A DNA stretch of 64,000 nt, taken from contig CAXXWC010000021.1 in assembly GCA_963668645.2 (NCBI GenBank), forward strand, positions 448,001 to 512,000, written 5' to 3'. The stretch is from Desulfobacterales bacterium. Its GTDB lineage: Bacteria > Desulfobacterota > Desulfobacteria > Desulfobacterales > UBA2174. This document shows positions 29,203 to 39,570 of this stretch, in pieces. The notes below the pieces were generated by a model that had not been told where the DNA came from, did no database searches, and saw only the letters and a program-made list of their open reading frames with translations. Position numbers and translations under genes: made by a program. How positions within the stretch are numbered: position 1 is the first letter of the stretch; each line of letters begins with the position of its first letter.

Positions 29203-29622
29203 ATGGCTAAAGTATTTCGCCCCAGCACTCGAGAGAGCTCGATTCTATCGCGCATCGAATCTTCCAAGGAGTATGCCCGCCGCAAGGCGCTGGGCGGAAT
29301 CCGGGACTGCGCCGAAGCGTTGGCCAACTCCGTCTCCATGAAGCTGGTGGAAAGCCAGCTGGTTGAAACCACCAACAAGAACGAACTGGAATCCCAACTT
29401 CTGTCGGCCCTGGAAAACTTGAGCCGGGCCGACGACTTCGATATCGACTACCTTTGCGCGCCTTTCCGCCAGGTGGTGACCAACCCCCACGTGGTCAGCC
29501 TCTATCTGACAGCCTTTCTGATTGAAAAAATGATCAACCACAAGTGCGTGGTGGATATTTTCGGTTCGGACGAAGAGATTTATCACTGCATCAACAAGCA
29601 GGTTGCCAAGCACCTTTCCTGA
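29203..29622 (+). CDS. Hypothetical protein
   Basis: 139-aa ORF with coding-like codon usage, AAAGG RBS and an upstream promoter. Confidence 0.75.
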   Translation: MAKVFRPSTRESSILSRIESSKEYARRKALGGIRDCAEALANSVSMKLVESQLVETTNKNELESQLLSALENLSRADDFDIDYLCAPFRQVVTNPHVVSLYLTAFLIEKMINHKCVVDIFGSDEEIYHCINKQVAKHLS

Positions 29623-29630
29623 TTCTACCC

Positions 29631-30644
29631 ATGCGCTGCGATTTCAGGCCTCGACTGGTCAATGGACCTTTCGAGGATCCGGTTTTGTACGTGGCCTTCG
29701 TCTACCGGCGCCGTGCCCTGCTCTTCGATGTGGGCGAAATCCAGGCCCTGGTCCCCCGCGACCTGCTCAAAGTCTCCCATATTTTCGTCAGCCATACCCA
29801 CATGGACCATTTTTGCGGCTTGGACCGTCTGCTGCGGGTCTGCCTGGGGCGCACCATGAACCTGCGACTCTTCGGACCCGCGGGATTCATCGCCAACCTG
29901 GCCGGCAAGCTGGCCGGGTATGCGTGGGACCTGGTGGACAATTACGACCAGGCATTGCATCTGACGGCGGTGGAAGTCTTGCCCGGCAGCCGCCGCACCC
30001 AGGTCTTTGACTGCCGGCAGCGCTTCGCCCCCACCGGCCCGGCCCGCGAGGAACCCTGGGACGGCATGCTGGTCGAGGAGCAGGCCTTTGACGTGCAGGC
30101 CGCCGTCCTGGAACACAGCGGCCCCTGCCTGGCCTTTTGCTTGAGCGAACATTTTCACATCAATGTGCTGACCAGCGCCCTGCAGGAACTCGGCCTGGCC
30201 GTCGGCCCCTGGATCGCCGGCCTCAAGGCGGCCCTTTATGCCGGGGCCCCGGCCGGCACCCCCATCACGGCCCTTACTCGCGACGGGAGCCAGGCACGAT
30301 TCGAGCTGGGGCCGCTGGCCGGGGCCATCACCCGCATCACCCCGGGCCAGAAGATCGCCTATGTCACGGATGCAGCCGGCACCCCGGCCAACGTGGAGGC
30401 CATCGTGGCCCTGGTCCGCCGGGCAAACGCCCTTTATATCGAAACCCCTTTTTTGGAGCAGGATGAGGTCCTGGCCCTTAGGCGGCGCCATCTCACCGCG
30501 GCCCAGGCCGGAATCATCGCCGGCCGGGCCGGGGTAGAGCGGCTGATTCCGATGCACTTTTCACCGCGTTACAGCCGCTGCGGGGACAAACTGGCCGAGG
30601 AGGCCTTGCGGGCCATGGCCGCCACCCCTGCCGATCCTGCATGA
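29631..30644 (+). CDS. Ribonuclease Z-like metallo-beta-lactamase
   Basis: SHTHMDHF, IAYVTD, HLT, PMHFSPRY. Confidence 0.85.
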   Translation: MRCDFRPRLVNGPFEDPVLYVAFVYRRRALLFDVGEIQALVPRDLLKVSHIFVSHTHMDHFCGLDRLLRVCLGRTMNLRLFGPAGFIANLAGKLAGYAWDLVDNYDQALHLTAVEVLPGSRRTQVFDCRQRFAPTGPAREEPWDGMLVEEQAFDVQAAVLEHSGPCLAFCLSEHFHINVLTSALQELGLAVGPWIAGLKAALYAGAPAGTPITALTRDGSQARFELGPLAGAITRITPGQKIAYVTDAAGTPANVEAIVALVRRANALYIETPFLEQDEVLALRRRHLTAAQAGIIAGRAGVERLIPMHFSPRYSRCGDKLAEEALRAMAATPADPA

Positions 30645-30692
30645 TCCCTCTCCCCATCTATAGAACCGATGGGCCTTTTTAACGAGGATGCC

Positions 30693-32972
30693 ATGTCCGA
30701 CCCTTACCGTGACCGGATCGCCCGGGAACTGAACCTGACTTTACCCCAGATCGCGGCGGTGACCGAGCTTCTCGATCAGGGGGCCACCGTTCCGTTTATC
30801 GCCCGCTACCGCAAAGAGGCCACTGGCAGCCTGGATGAGGTGGCCATCACCGCCATCCGCGATCGGCGCCGCCAGCTGGACGAGCTGGACGCGCGGCGGG
30901 CCGCCGTTTTGAAATCCCTCGAGGAAAACGGACACCTGGACCAGGCCCTGGAGGCCCGGGTCCAGGCCGCCGACACCCTGGCCGAACTGGAAGACATCTA
31001 CCTGCCCTTTCGCCCCAAACGGCGCACCCGGGCCATCATGGCCCGGGAAAAAGGGCTCGATCCGCTGGCCGAAGTCCTGCTGGCCCAAACCGGCATCGAC
31101 CCAGAAAGCGCGGCCCGGCCCTTCGTGGATCCGGAAAAGGAGGTGCCCGATATTGAAACGGCCCTGGCCGGGGCCCGCGACATCATCGCCGAGACGGTCA
31201 ACGAAGACCCCACGGCCCGGGCCCGGCTGCGCGACTATTTCGCCGGCCAGGCCGTTTTCCGCACCACCGTGGCCGCCGGCCGGGAAGCGGACGGGATCAA
31301 GTTCAAGGATTATTTCGACTGGAGCGAACCGGCGGCCACGGCCCCGTCCCACCGGGTGCTGGCCATGCGCCGCGGTGAAAAGGAGGATATCCTCAACCTG
31401 CGCCTGATTCCCCCCGAAGAGGGGGCCCTGGCGATTCTGGAGTCGCTCTTCGTCAAGGGCGCCGGCCCGGATGCGGCCCAGGTCCGCCTGGCGGTCCAGG
31501 ACGGCTACCGCCGCTTGCTTGGCCGCGCCATGGAAACCGAGATGCGCCTGGCCACCAAGGACCGGGCCGACGCAGAGGCCATCCGGGTCTTTGCCGAAAA
31601 CCTGCGCCAGCTCCTGCTGGCCCCGCCCCTCGGCCCACGCCGGGTCATGGGGGTGGATCCGGGGTTTCGCACCGGGTGCAAGATCGTCTGCCTCGACCGG
31701 CAGGGAAAACTGCTCTGCCACGAAACGATCTTTCCCCACGGTTCGGCGTCCCAGCGCGAGGCCGCGGCCCACCGGGTGGCGGCCCTGGTCGGCAAGATGG
31801 GCGTGGAGGCCGTGGCGGTGGGCAACGGCACGGCCGGCCGGGAAACCGAGGCTTTTTTGCGCTCCCTGGATCTGGCGCCGCAGGTGGCGGTGACCATGGT
31901 CAACGAAAGCGGGGCCTCGATCTACAGCGCCTCGGAGGTGGCCCGGGAGGAATTTCCCGACCTGGATCTCACCGTGCGCGGGGCGGTTTCCATCGGCCGG
32001 CGGCTGATGGATCCGCTGGCCGAACTGGTCAAGATCGATCCCAAGTCCATCGGGGTGGGCCAGTACCAGCACGACGTGGACCAAAGCGCCCTCAAGCAGG
32101 CCCTGGACGACGTGGTGGTCAGCTGCGTCAACGCCGTGGGGGTGGACGTCAACCGCGCCAGCGTGCAACTGCTCACCTATGTCTCCGGACTCGGGCCCCA
32201 GCTGGCGCGCAACATCGTGGCCTTCCGGGATCAAAACGGCCCCTTTGCCGATCGCCAGGCCCTCAAGGCCGTCCCCCGGCTGGGACCCAAGGCCTTCGAA
32301 CAGGCCGCCGGTTTTCTGCGCATCACGGGGGGCCGCAACGTTCTGGACGCCAGCGCGGTGCACCCTGAGCGCTACGCCCTGGTGGCTGCCATGGCTAAAG
32401 ATCTGAACTGCACCGTGGCCGAACTGATGGCCGATGCGGCCGCGCGCCGGCGCATCGAGATTCAGCGCTACGTCACCGACCAGGTCGGCCTGCCCACCCT
32501 CCAGGACATCCTGGCCGAGCTGGCCAAGCCGGGCCGCGATCCCCGGGCGCGCTTCGAGGCTTTTGCCTTTTCCGGCGATGTGGCCGCCATCAAGGATCTG
32601 GAACCGGGCATGCGGCTTCCCGGAATCGTGACCAACGTGACCCGTTTCGGGGCCTTTGTGGATATCGGGGTCCACCAGGACGGTCTGGTGCATGTGAGCC
32701 AAATGGCCGACCGCTTCGTGCGCGACCCGGCCGAGGTGGTCCAGGTCCAGCAAAAGGTCATGGTCCGGGTTCTGGAGGTCGACCTGGAGCGGCGGCGCAT
32801 CTCACTGAGCATGCGGCCGGAAAGCACGGCCGAGCCGCCGGCCGACGCTGCGGCCCCTGCCGGGAACCATGCTCCGGCAAAAAAGCGCAAAGCCAACCCG
32901 AAAACTGCACACAAGCCCGAGGCCCGGCCGTTTCACAATCCATTTGCCGAGGCCCTGAAAAAAAGGAGATAA
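30693..32972 (+). CDS. tex: Tex family RNA-binding transcriptional accessory protein
   Basis: GATVPFIARYRKEATG, GVDPGFRTGCK, ESGASIYSAS, KIDPKSIGVGQYQHDV, C-terminal S1 domain; alternative ATG at 30669. Confidence 0.95.
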   Translation: MSDPYRDRIARELNLTLPQIAAVTELLDQGATVPFIARYRKEATGSLDEVAITAIRDRRRQLDELDARRAAVLKSLEENGHLDQALEARVQAADTLAELEDIYLPFRPKRRTRAIMAREKGLDPLAEVLLAQTGIDPESAARPFVDPEKEVPDIETALAGARDIIAETVNEDPTARARLRDYFAGQAVFRTTVAAGREADGIKFKDYFDWSEPAATAPSHRVLAMRRGEKEDILNLRLIPPEEGALAILESLFVKGAGPDAAQVRLAVQDGYRRLLGRAMETEMRLATKDRADAEAIRVFAENLRQLLLAPPLGPRRVMGVDPGFRTGCKIVCLDRQGKLLCHETIFPHGSASQREAAAHRVAALVGKMGVEAVAVGNGTAGRETEAFLRSLDLAPQVAVTMVNESGASIYSASEVAREEFPDLDLTVRGAVSIGRRLMDPLAELVKIDPKSIGVGQYQHDVDQSALKQALDDVVVSCVNAVGVDVNRASVQLLTYVSGLGPQLARNIVAFRDQNGPFADRQALKAVPRLGPKAFEQAAGFLRITGGRNVLDASAVHPERYALVAAMAKDLNCTVAELMADAAARRRIEIQRYVTDQVGLPTLQDILAELAKPGRDPRARFEAFAFSGDVAAIKDLEPGMRLPGIVTNVTRFGAFVDIGVHQDGLVHVSQMADRFVRDPAEVVQVQQKVMVRVLEVDLERRRISLSMRPESTAEPPADAAAPAGNHAPAKKRKANPKTAHKPEARPFHNPFAEALKKRR

Positions 32973-32975
32973 GCC

Positions 32976-33437
32976 ATGCGCGCCGTGGTTCAACGGGTGA
33001 CCGAAAGCAGCGTGACGGTGGACGGGGCCGTGGTGGGCCGCATCGGAGCGGGACTGATGATCCTTCTGGGCGTCGGGCCCGAGGACACCCCGGCCGATGC
33101 CCAGGCCCTGGCCCGCAAGATCTTTTACCTGCGTATCTTCGAAGACGCGGACGGCAAGATGAACCTCGGCCTGGGCGATACCGGGGGCGAGGTCCTGGCC
33201 GTCTCCCAGTTCACCCTGCTGGCCGACTGCCGCAAGGGCCGGCGCCCCTCCTTTGTCCGCGCAGCCCCGCCCGAGGTGGCCGAACCGCTCTACCTCGATT
33301 TTGTGGCGGCTTTGCGCCGGCTCGGGGTCAAGGTGGAAACGGGCCGTTTCGGCGCCATGATGCAGGTGGCCCTGATCAACGACGGGCCGGTGACCCTGGT
33401 CCTGGAAACCCGCCCCGGCCCGGAGGCTCTGCCATGA
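32976..33437 (+). CDS. dtd: D-aminoacyl-tRNA deacylase
   Basis: [26 protein letters not shown]. Confidence 0.95.
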   Translation: MRAVVQRVTESSVTVDGAVVGRIGAGLMILLGVGPEDTPADAQALARKIFYLRIFEDADGKMNLGLGDTGGEVLAVSQFTLLADCRKGRRPSFVRAAPPEVAEPLYLDFVAALRRLGVKVETGRFGAMMQVALINDGPVTLVLETRPGPEALP

Positions 33438-34621
33438 GAATCCGCCCGGCCATGGTTTTGCTGGCCCTGCTCTGCTTCGCCGGGACGGCCGGTGCAGCGC
33501 CGCTGCCCGCTCGGCTGGCTGCCCGCCTCGGCCCGGATGACAGCCTGCTGGTGGTCGATCCGAACGGAAAGGTGTGCATGCAGTGGCGGCCGGAAGCTGC
33601 GAGGGTGCCGGCCTCGGTCCTCAAACTGCTCACAGCCCGTATCGCTCTTGACCATCTCGGGCGTAACTACCGCTTCGAGACCCATTTTTTCCAGGACGCG
33701 GCCGGGAATCTTTACGTACGCGGTCACGGCGACCCGCTCTGGGTATCGGAGGCCATCGCCGCTGCGGCCGAAAAACTGGCCCCCCTGCTGGCCCCGGTGG
33801 CCGACATCGTGCTGGACGACGGCTATTTTGCCCGCCCTTTGACCATTCCCGGGGTTTCGGATTCGGCCAATCCCTACGACGCCCCCAACGGGGCACTGTG
33901 CGCCAACTTCAACACCGTGATGGTATACCGCGCCCCGGACGGCACCTATCTGAGCGGCGAACCCCAGACCCCCCTGATTCCCTTTGCCGCCGAGCTGCTC
34001 GCGCGCCGCGGGCCCACCGGCGGCCGGCTGGTCCTGTCCCATAACGGCGAAGTGGCCACCCGCTACGCCGGCCACCTGATGGCGTACTTTCTTTCCCAGG
34101 CCGGCCGCCCGCCGGCAGGGACCGTCCGGCTGGGTCCGGTGCCTAAAGAGGCACGGGTTGTGCTGCGCTGGGCCTCGCCCCAGAATCTTGAAGAGGTGCT
34201 GCGCCGCATGCTGGAATTTTCCAGCAACTTTATCGCCAACCAGGTCCTCATCGCAGCTGCGGCCCGGGTCTACGGCCCGCCCGGGAACCTGGAAAAGGCC
34301 GTGCAACTGGCCGAGACCTACGGCCGGAAGGACCTGGGACTGTCGAGCCTGTCCATGGTCGAAGGATCGGGGATCGCCCGTGAAAACCGCATCAGCGCGG
34401 TTGACCTGGTCAAGCTGCTGGAGGGCTTTGCGGCAAACCGCGAACTGCTGACCCGCAAGGATCGGGTCTGGTTCAAGACCGGCACCCTGTCCGGGGTCCA
34501 GTCCCGGGCCGGCTACGTCCAGGGCCCCGACGGCGGATTTTACCGCTTCGCCATCCTGATCAACACCCCGGGACGCCGGGCGGATGGAGTGCTCCAGGCC
34601 CTGCTGCCGTTTTTGCCCTAA
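33434..34621 (+). CDS. dacB: D-Ala-D-Ala carboxypeptidase/endopeptidase, S13 family
   Basis: PASVLK (SxxK), SSN (SxN), KTGTL; signal peptide. Confidence 0.85.
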   Translation: MRIRPAMVLLALLCFAGTAGAAPLPARLAARLGPDDSLLVVDPNGKVCMQWRPEAARVPASVLKLLTARIALDHLGRNYRFETHFFQDAAGNLYVRGHGDPLWVSEAIAAAAEKLAPLLAPVADIVLDDGYFARPLTIPGVSDSANPYDAPNGALCANFNTVMVYRAPDGTYLSGEPQTPLIPFAAELLARRGPTGGRLVLSHNGEVATRYAGHLMAYFLSQAGRPPAGTVRLGPVPKEARVVLRWASPQNLEEVLRRMLEFSSNFIANQVLIAAAARVYGPPGNLEKAVQLAETYGRKDLGLSSLSMVEGSGIARENRISAVDLVKLLEGFAANRELLTRKDRVWFKTGTLSGVQSRAGYVQGPDGGFYRFAILINTPGRRADGVLQALLPFLP

Positions 34622-34877
34622 GCGAGGGGTCGGATCGCAGAGGCCACAAGCTGATCATGGGAGCTTGACCGGGCCGGCGAAAAGCTGCACCGATGACCGC
34701 CCGCTGGGCAGCGTATTGATTTCATGCCGGGTTTGTGCTGACAATTGTCCTCGAATTTACAGCGGCCATGGATCCAAGCCGGAGTAACTTACTGTTGCAC
34801 CCGGAACGGCATCCACGGCCAGATTTCAATGCCACGCTGCGCCCAACCCCTCACCGTTGGCCGTACCAGGAGTGTTC

Positions 34878-36170
34878 ATGAAGAAAAATTCCAGCCCGGT
34901 CCAGATCACCTCGCCGGTGCCATCGCACAAGGAGGAAAACAGCCATCGCCGCCAGATGCGGCAACTGGCCGAGGAACTGGAGAATATCTACGAAAAGATT
35001 TGGAAGGGTTCCATGGCCGGGATTTACATATCCCAGGACGGGGTGTTCCAGACCGTCAGCCCACCGGCCGCCGCCTTGACGGGCTACAGTGTCGCGGAGT
35101 TGATGGGCCGCAAGTCCGACAGCCTGATCTTTCCCGAGGACCTGGCCGGTCAAAAACACAACGCCCGGCAAATGCTCGACGGGAAGATCTCGTCTCCGTA
35201 TGAGTTTCGCATCGTCACCAAGCAGAACGAGATTCGCTGGGTCATGGAATCGGTTACGGCCACGTTCTATAACGGCCAGCCGGCCATTCTGGGCAACTCC
35301 ATGGACATCACGGCCCGCAAAGCGGTCGAAGAGCGCCTGAAAGAGTCGGAAAACCTCTACCGGGCCATCTTCGAGACCACCGGTGCGGCCACCATCATCA
35401 TCGAAGATGATATGACCCTTTCTTTGCTCAACTGCGAATTCGAGAAGATGACCGGGTATCGCCGGAAGGAATGGGAGGGAAAGAAAAAATGGCCGGAGTA
35501 TATCCCCCAAAAAGACCTCTACCGCATGATCAAGACCCACAGGCTCCGCAGAGTCGACCCGGAAAGCACGCCACGCAATTTCGAGCATGACCTGATCGAC
35601 GCCCAGGGGCGGATCCGCAATATGTATCTGACCGCCGACCTGATTCCCGGCACCCAAAAGAGCGTCGTTTCTTTCATGGATATTACCGCCTGGAAGGAAG
35701 CCGAACGAGTTTTGAAACACCGCGAACAGGAGCTTCGCATCAAGTCGCACAAACTCGAGGAACTCAATACGGCCTTGCGGGTCCTGCTCAAACAACGCGA
35801 GAACGATCGCCAGGAACTCGAAGAGAAGGTCCTGGCCAATGTCAAAGAGTTCGTCCTGCCGCATATCGAAGAGATCCAACGATGCAAGATGGATGAAAAG
35901 GCCCGGGCGTACCTGGAGATTCTGCGATCCAATCTTGAAGATATCATTTCGCCCTTTTCCCGCCGGCTTTCTTCCAAGTATCTCAACCTGACCCCCAAGG
36001 AAATCCAGGTGGCCAATTTCATCCGCGAAGGCAAGACCAGCAAGGAGATCGCCGACATCATGAACGTTTCCAAAAGCGCGGTGGACATCCACCGCTACCG
36101 CCTGCGCAACAAGCTGGGGTTGAACAACCAGAAGGCCAACCTGCGGTCCCACCTGAGCAAGTACCTCTAA
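34878..36170 (+). CDS. PAS-PAS-LuxR transcriptional regulator
   Basis: Two PAS/PAC repeats (DITARK, DITAWK), LEELNTALRVLL coil, LTPKEIQVA..GKTSKEIA..HRYRLRNKLG HTH. Confidence 0.9.
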   Translation: MKKNSSPVQITSPVPSHKEENSHRRQMRQLAEELENIYEKIWKGSMAGIYISQDGVFQTVSPPAAALTGYSVAELMGRKSDSLIFPEDLAGQKHNARQMLDGKISSPYEFRIVTKQNEIRWVMESVTATFYNGQPAILGNSMDITARKAVEERLKESENLYRAIFETTGAATIIIEDDMTLSLLNCEFEKMTGYRRKEWEGKKKWPEYIPQKDLYRMIKTHRLRRVDPESTPRNFEHDLIDAQGRIRNMYLTADLIPGTQKSVVSFMDITAWKEAERVLKHREQELRIKSHKLEELNTALRVLLKQRENDRQELEEKVLANVKEFVLPHIEEIQRCKMDEKARAYLEILRSNLEDIISPFSRRLSSKYLNLTPKEIQVANFIREGKTSKEIADIMNVSKSAVDIHRYRLRNKLGLNNQKANLRSHLSKYL

Positions 36171-36567
36171 CCGGCATTCCGGGTGCCATCGGTCCGCGAT
36201 CCGCCGCGGATCGCCGGGTTTCCACCATTATACTAGTTTTACAGTAATATTTTATTGCTATTTATTTGCTATTGCCTTTCCGGTTGCCTTGGCTTAGCTA
36301 TCAGCCAAGATAGCCGTCAAGAAGTCTCTTTCGCAAACGACGGTTCGGTGATGCAACCGGACTGCTCATCAAAAAGAGGTGACATGCCGATAACACGGAT
36401 CGTGTCCACATAGCTTCGATCAAGGGCTATCGAATCGCAGGGCAGAAAAATCGAACGGCCCTCAGGTAAAACAAATCGCTTTTATGACCATCGCTGCCGG
36501 CAGGGTGCATCGTCATAATTGAACGGAGGAGTGTTTTCATCCAATCCACCAAAAGGAGGAGCGTGCT

Positions 36568-37590
36568 GTGAAAAAAAGAAGCGTCAAGACGGTTATTTCC
36601 CTCATTGCGGCCGCATCATTCGTTATCATCGTTTCGGCCATGGCCGCCGGCCAGGCAAGCGCCGCGGTCACCATTCGCGTCGGTACGGTCGTCTCTCCCA
36701 CCCATTCCTATTCCACTGCGGTAAAAACATTTGAAAAGGAAATCGAAACCCAGACCAATGGAGCGGTGAAAGTCACCTATAGCGGCGGCGGGGCCTTGGG
36801 CGGTGAGCGCCAGATGGTGGAAGCCGTGGTGCGTGGCGTTCTTGACATGACCTGGGCCTCGGACATCGGCCTGGCGGCCGTTTACCCGGAACTGGGCTTT
36901 CCCAACCTGCCCTACCTCTTCGAAAACTACACTGAAGCCGACGCCAAGTACCGCAACGGCTGGATCGGCCAGTACATCATCGACTACATGGATACCAAGG
37001 GGGTCAAGGTGCTGGCCATCGGTGAAAACGACTACCGCGGCCTGACCAACTCCAAGCGCCCCATCACCAAGGGGGAAGATTTCAAGGGACTGAAGCTGCG
37101 CGTGCCGGAAGTGCCCATGTACATCGATTTTTACAAGGCCCTGGGCGTGCTGCCGACCCCCATGTCGATCACCGAGCTGACCACCGCCTTGCAGCAGGGG
37201 ACCGTCGACGGTCAGGACAACGGCGCCATCATCACCTACGACCTGGGGATTCACCAGTTCCAGAAATATGCCACCAAGGCCCAGCAGATCTATTCGGGCA
37301 TGCAGATGTGCATGTCGAAGCGGACCTGGAACAAGTTGACGCCGGAGCAGCAGAAGATCGTGACCGAGGCGGCTAAAAAGGCGGCCGACATTCAGGTCAA
37401 GGTCAACCGCGAAAACGTACTTAAAGACTATACCGAAATGGCCAAGACCGGGGTGCAGGTCATCGAGCCGCCCCCCGAACTGGTAAAGGACCTCAAGGCG
37501 GTGGCGGCCAAGATCTGGGCCGATCCCAAGTATGAAAAGGTCTACGGCAAAAAGGTCATGGACCGCATCAAGAAAGAGGCGGCCAACTAA
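36568..37590 (+). CDS. dctP: TRAP transporter substrate-binding protein
   Basis: Signal peptide, LGGERQMVE, DFKGLKLRVP, ALQQGTVDGQDN; AGGAGG RBS with GTG start. Confidence 0.9.
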   Translation: MKKRSVKTVISLIAAASFVIIVSAMAAGQASAAVTIRVGTVVSPTHSYSTAVKTFEKEIETQTNGAVKVTYSGGGALGGERQMVEAVVRGVLDMTWASDIGLAAVYPELGFPNLPYLFENYTEADAKYRNGWIGQYIIDYMDTKGVKVLAIGENDYRGLTNSKRPITKGEDFKGLKLRVPEVPMYIDFYKALGVLPTPMSITELTTALQQGTVDGQDNGAIITYDLGIHQFQKYATKAQQIYSGMQMCMSKRTWNKLTPEQQKIVTEAAKKAADIQVKVNRENVLKDYTEMAKTGVQVIEPPPELVKDLKAVAAKIWADPKYEKVYGKKVMDRIKKEAAN

Positions 37591-37689
37591 GCCCCGCGAT
37601 CGGCACGGCCGATGTTCGACCCGAAGCGGCAGGGGCGGAAGATCTGCGCCCCTGCCGGAAACAGAATCGTACAAAGCGGGGTCATTGCC

Positions 37690-38238
37690 ATGATCAGAAC
37701 GCTGGAAAAAGTCAACAATGGCCTGGTTTCTCTCGAGTACTGGGTAGCTGTCCCCCTGTTTATCTTCATGCTCGGTTTGATGCTGGCACAGGTGGTTTGC
37801 CGCTACTTTCTCGAAGTTCCCCTTTCCTTTTCCGAGGAGCTGGCACGCATCGTCTTTGTGGGCTGCACCTTTCTCGGGGCGGCCATCGCCACCGGAGAGC
37901 GCGGGCACATCGAGATCAACTTCGTGGAACTGACCATCGGCCGCTTTATCAAGAGCCACGCAGGAAAGATGCGCGCCGCGGTATGCATGAACGTTTTGCG
38001 CGACACCGGCACCATCGTTTGCCTGACCATCGTATCCTATCAGAGCTACCTGCTCGTCGTAGACCAGTTTGAGATGGGGCAGGTCTCCACGGCCATGTCG
38101 ATGCCGCTGTGGATCGTGACCGGCGCGATGCTGGTGGGCATGATGCTGGCCATCGTGCACAGCGCGTTGTTGATCGTTCTCAATCTGGCCGGGCGCGGTC
38201 CCATGGGTTACGAGTTCGCGCGGGGAGGTGAATCCTAA
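37690..38238 (+). CDS. dctQ: TRAP transporter small permease
   Basis: QVVCRY, SEELAR, FLGAAIA..HI, four TM helices. Confidence 0.9.
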   Translation: MIRTLEKVNNGLVSLEYWVAVPLFIFMLGLMLAQVVCRYFLEVPLSFSEELARIVFVGCTFLGAAIATGERGHIEINFVELTIGRFIKSHAGKMRAAVCMNVLRDTGTIVCLTIVSYQSYLLVVDQFEMGQVSTAMSMPLWIVTGAMLVGMMLAIVHSALLIVLNLAGRGPMGYEFARGGES

Positions 38239-39542
38239 TGCACCTTGTCGGGATTTTCATACTCGTATTCGTTCTGCTGGCCATCGCGCGCATTCCCATA
38301 CCGTTCAGCGCCGGGCTGGCCGGGATCCTGTGCATCATAATCGGCGACATCCCCCTGGCCATCATACCGGCCATGGTCTTCGGCAGCGTCGATTCGTTCG
38401 CCTTTCTGGCGATACCGGCCTTTATCTACTCGGGCGACGTCATGGCCCTGGGCGGGATCACCACCTCCCTGGTGGCCTGGGTGCGCGCACTCACCGGCCG
38501 GCTCAAGGGGAGCATCGCGGCCACCACCGTCATCACCTCGGCCCTGTTCGGTTCCATCTCGGGCTCTTCGGTGGCCACGGTAAGCGCCATCGGCGGCATG
38601 ATGCTGCCAGAGATGAAGCGGGCCGGCTACGACGAGAACTTCGCCACCTCACTGGTTGCGGCCTCCGGATTTCTGGGCATCCTGATCCCCCCGAGCATTC
38701 CCGGGGTGGTCTACGGGCTGGCCGTGGGCGTACCGGTCGGTGACGTCTGGCTGGCCACCTTGATGCCGGCTTTGATCCTGACCGTCTTTTATCTGATCTA
38801 CTGCCGGATCTTTTACGCCCACCAGGAGATCCAGGACAAAGGACCGTTCAATTCCCGCATCTACATGCGCAACATCGCCAAAACCAGCCCCCGCGGCCTG
38901 GTGGCGATGTTGATGCCGATGATCATCTTCGTTGGGGTCTACGGCGGGATCCTGACCCCCACCGAGGCCGGGGCCGTGGCGGTGCTCTACGGGCTGATCG
39001 CCGGATGGGTCATCTATCCGTTGCTGTTCAAGGATAAATCCGAGCAGGGCCTTCTGGCCATTACCCGGAAAAGTGTGGTGACCAGTGCGGCCATCATGCT
39101 GCTCATCGCCTTTGCCGCCATTCCCAGCGCCATGTTCACCTACGGCGACTGCGCCACGGCGGTGACCGACTGGCTGCTGGGGATCACCGAATCCCAGGTC
39201 GTCTTTTTGCTGATGGTCAACGTGGTGCTGCTCGTGGTGGGCATGTTCATGGAGACCAACACCAGCATCCTGCTGCTGGCGCCGATCCTTTCCCCGGCAG
39301 CCAAGGCCTTCGGGGTCCACCCGATCCACTTTTCGGCCATCATGCTGCTCAACCTGGAAATCGGCATGATCACCCCGCCGTTCGCCGCCAACATCTTCGT
39401 GGCCTGCCGCATCGAGAACATCAGCATCGACAAGGTACTCAGGCCCATGATCGGGTTTATCCTGATCTGCATTCCGACGCTTTTGATCACGACTTATGTG
39501 CCGAGCATCCCGCTGTTTTTCTTGAATCTTATGGGCCACTAA
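38238..39542 (+). CDS. dctM: TRAP transporter large permease
   Basis: FGSISGSSVA, GILIPPSIP, TPTEAGAV, GMITPP. Confidence 0.95.
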   Translation: MHLVGIFILVFVLLAIARIPIPFSAGLAGILCIIIGDIPLAIIPAMVFGSVDSFAFLAIPAFIYSGDVMALGGITTSLVAWVRALTGRLKGSIAATTVITSALFGSISGSSVATVSAIGGMMLPEMKRAGYDENFATSLVAASGFLGILIPPSIPGVVYGLAVGVPVGDVWLATLMPALILTVFYLIYCRIFYAHQEIQDKGPFNSRIYMRNIAKTSPRGLVAMLMPMIIFVGVYGGILTPTEAGAVAVLYGLIAGWVIYPLLFKDKSEQGLLAITRKSVVTSAAIMLLIAFAAIPSAMFTYGDCATAVTDWLLGITESQVVFLLMVNVVLLVVGMFMETNTSILLLAPILSPAAKAFGVHPIHFSAIMLLNLEIGMITPPFAANIFVACRIENISIDKVLRPMIGFILICIPTLLITTYVPSIPLFFLNLMGH

Positions 39543-39570
39543 CAACTGAACGGAAAGGAAGTTTTGGAAA

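Noticed and set aside
30741..32753. 670-aa antisense ORF over tex (likewise 20294-22021, 36616-38160, 41322-42881, 25633-27024 and others)
   Set aside because: Shadow ORFs expected from GC-rich codon bias; they overlap genes with clear family motifs and show no motifs of their own
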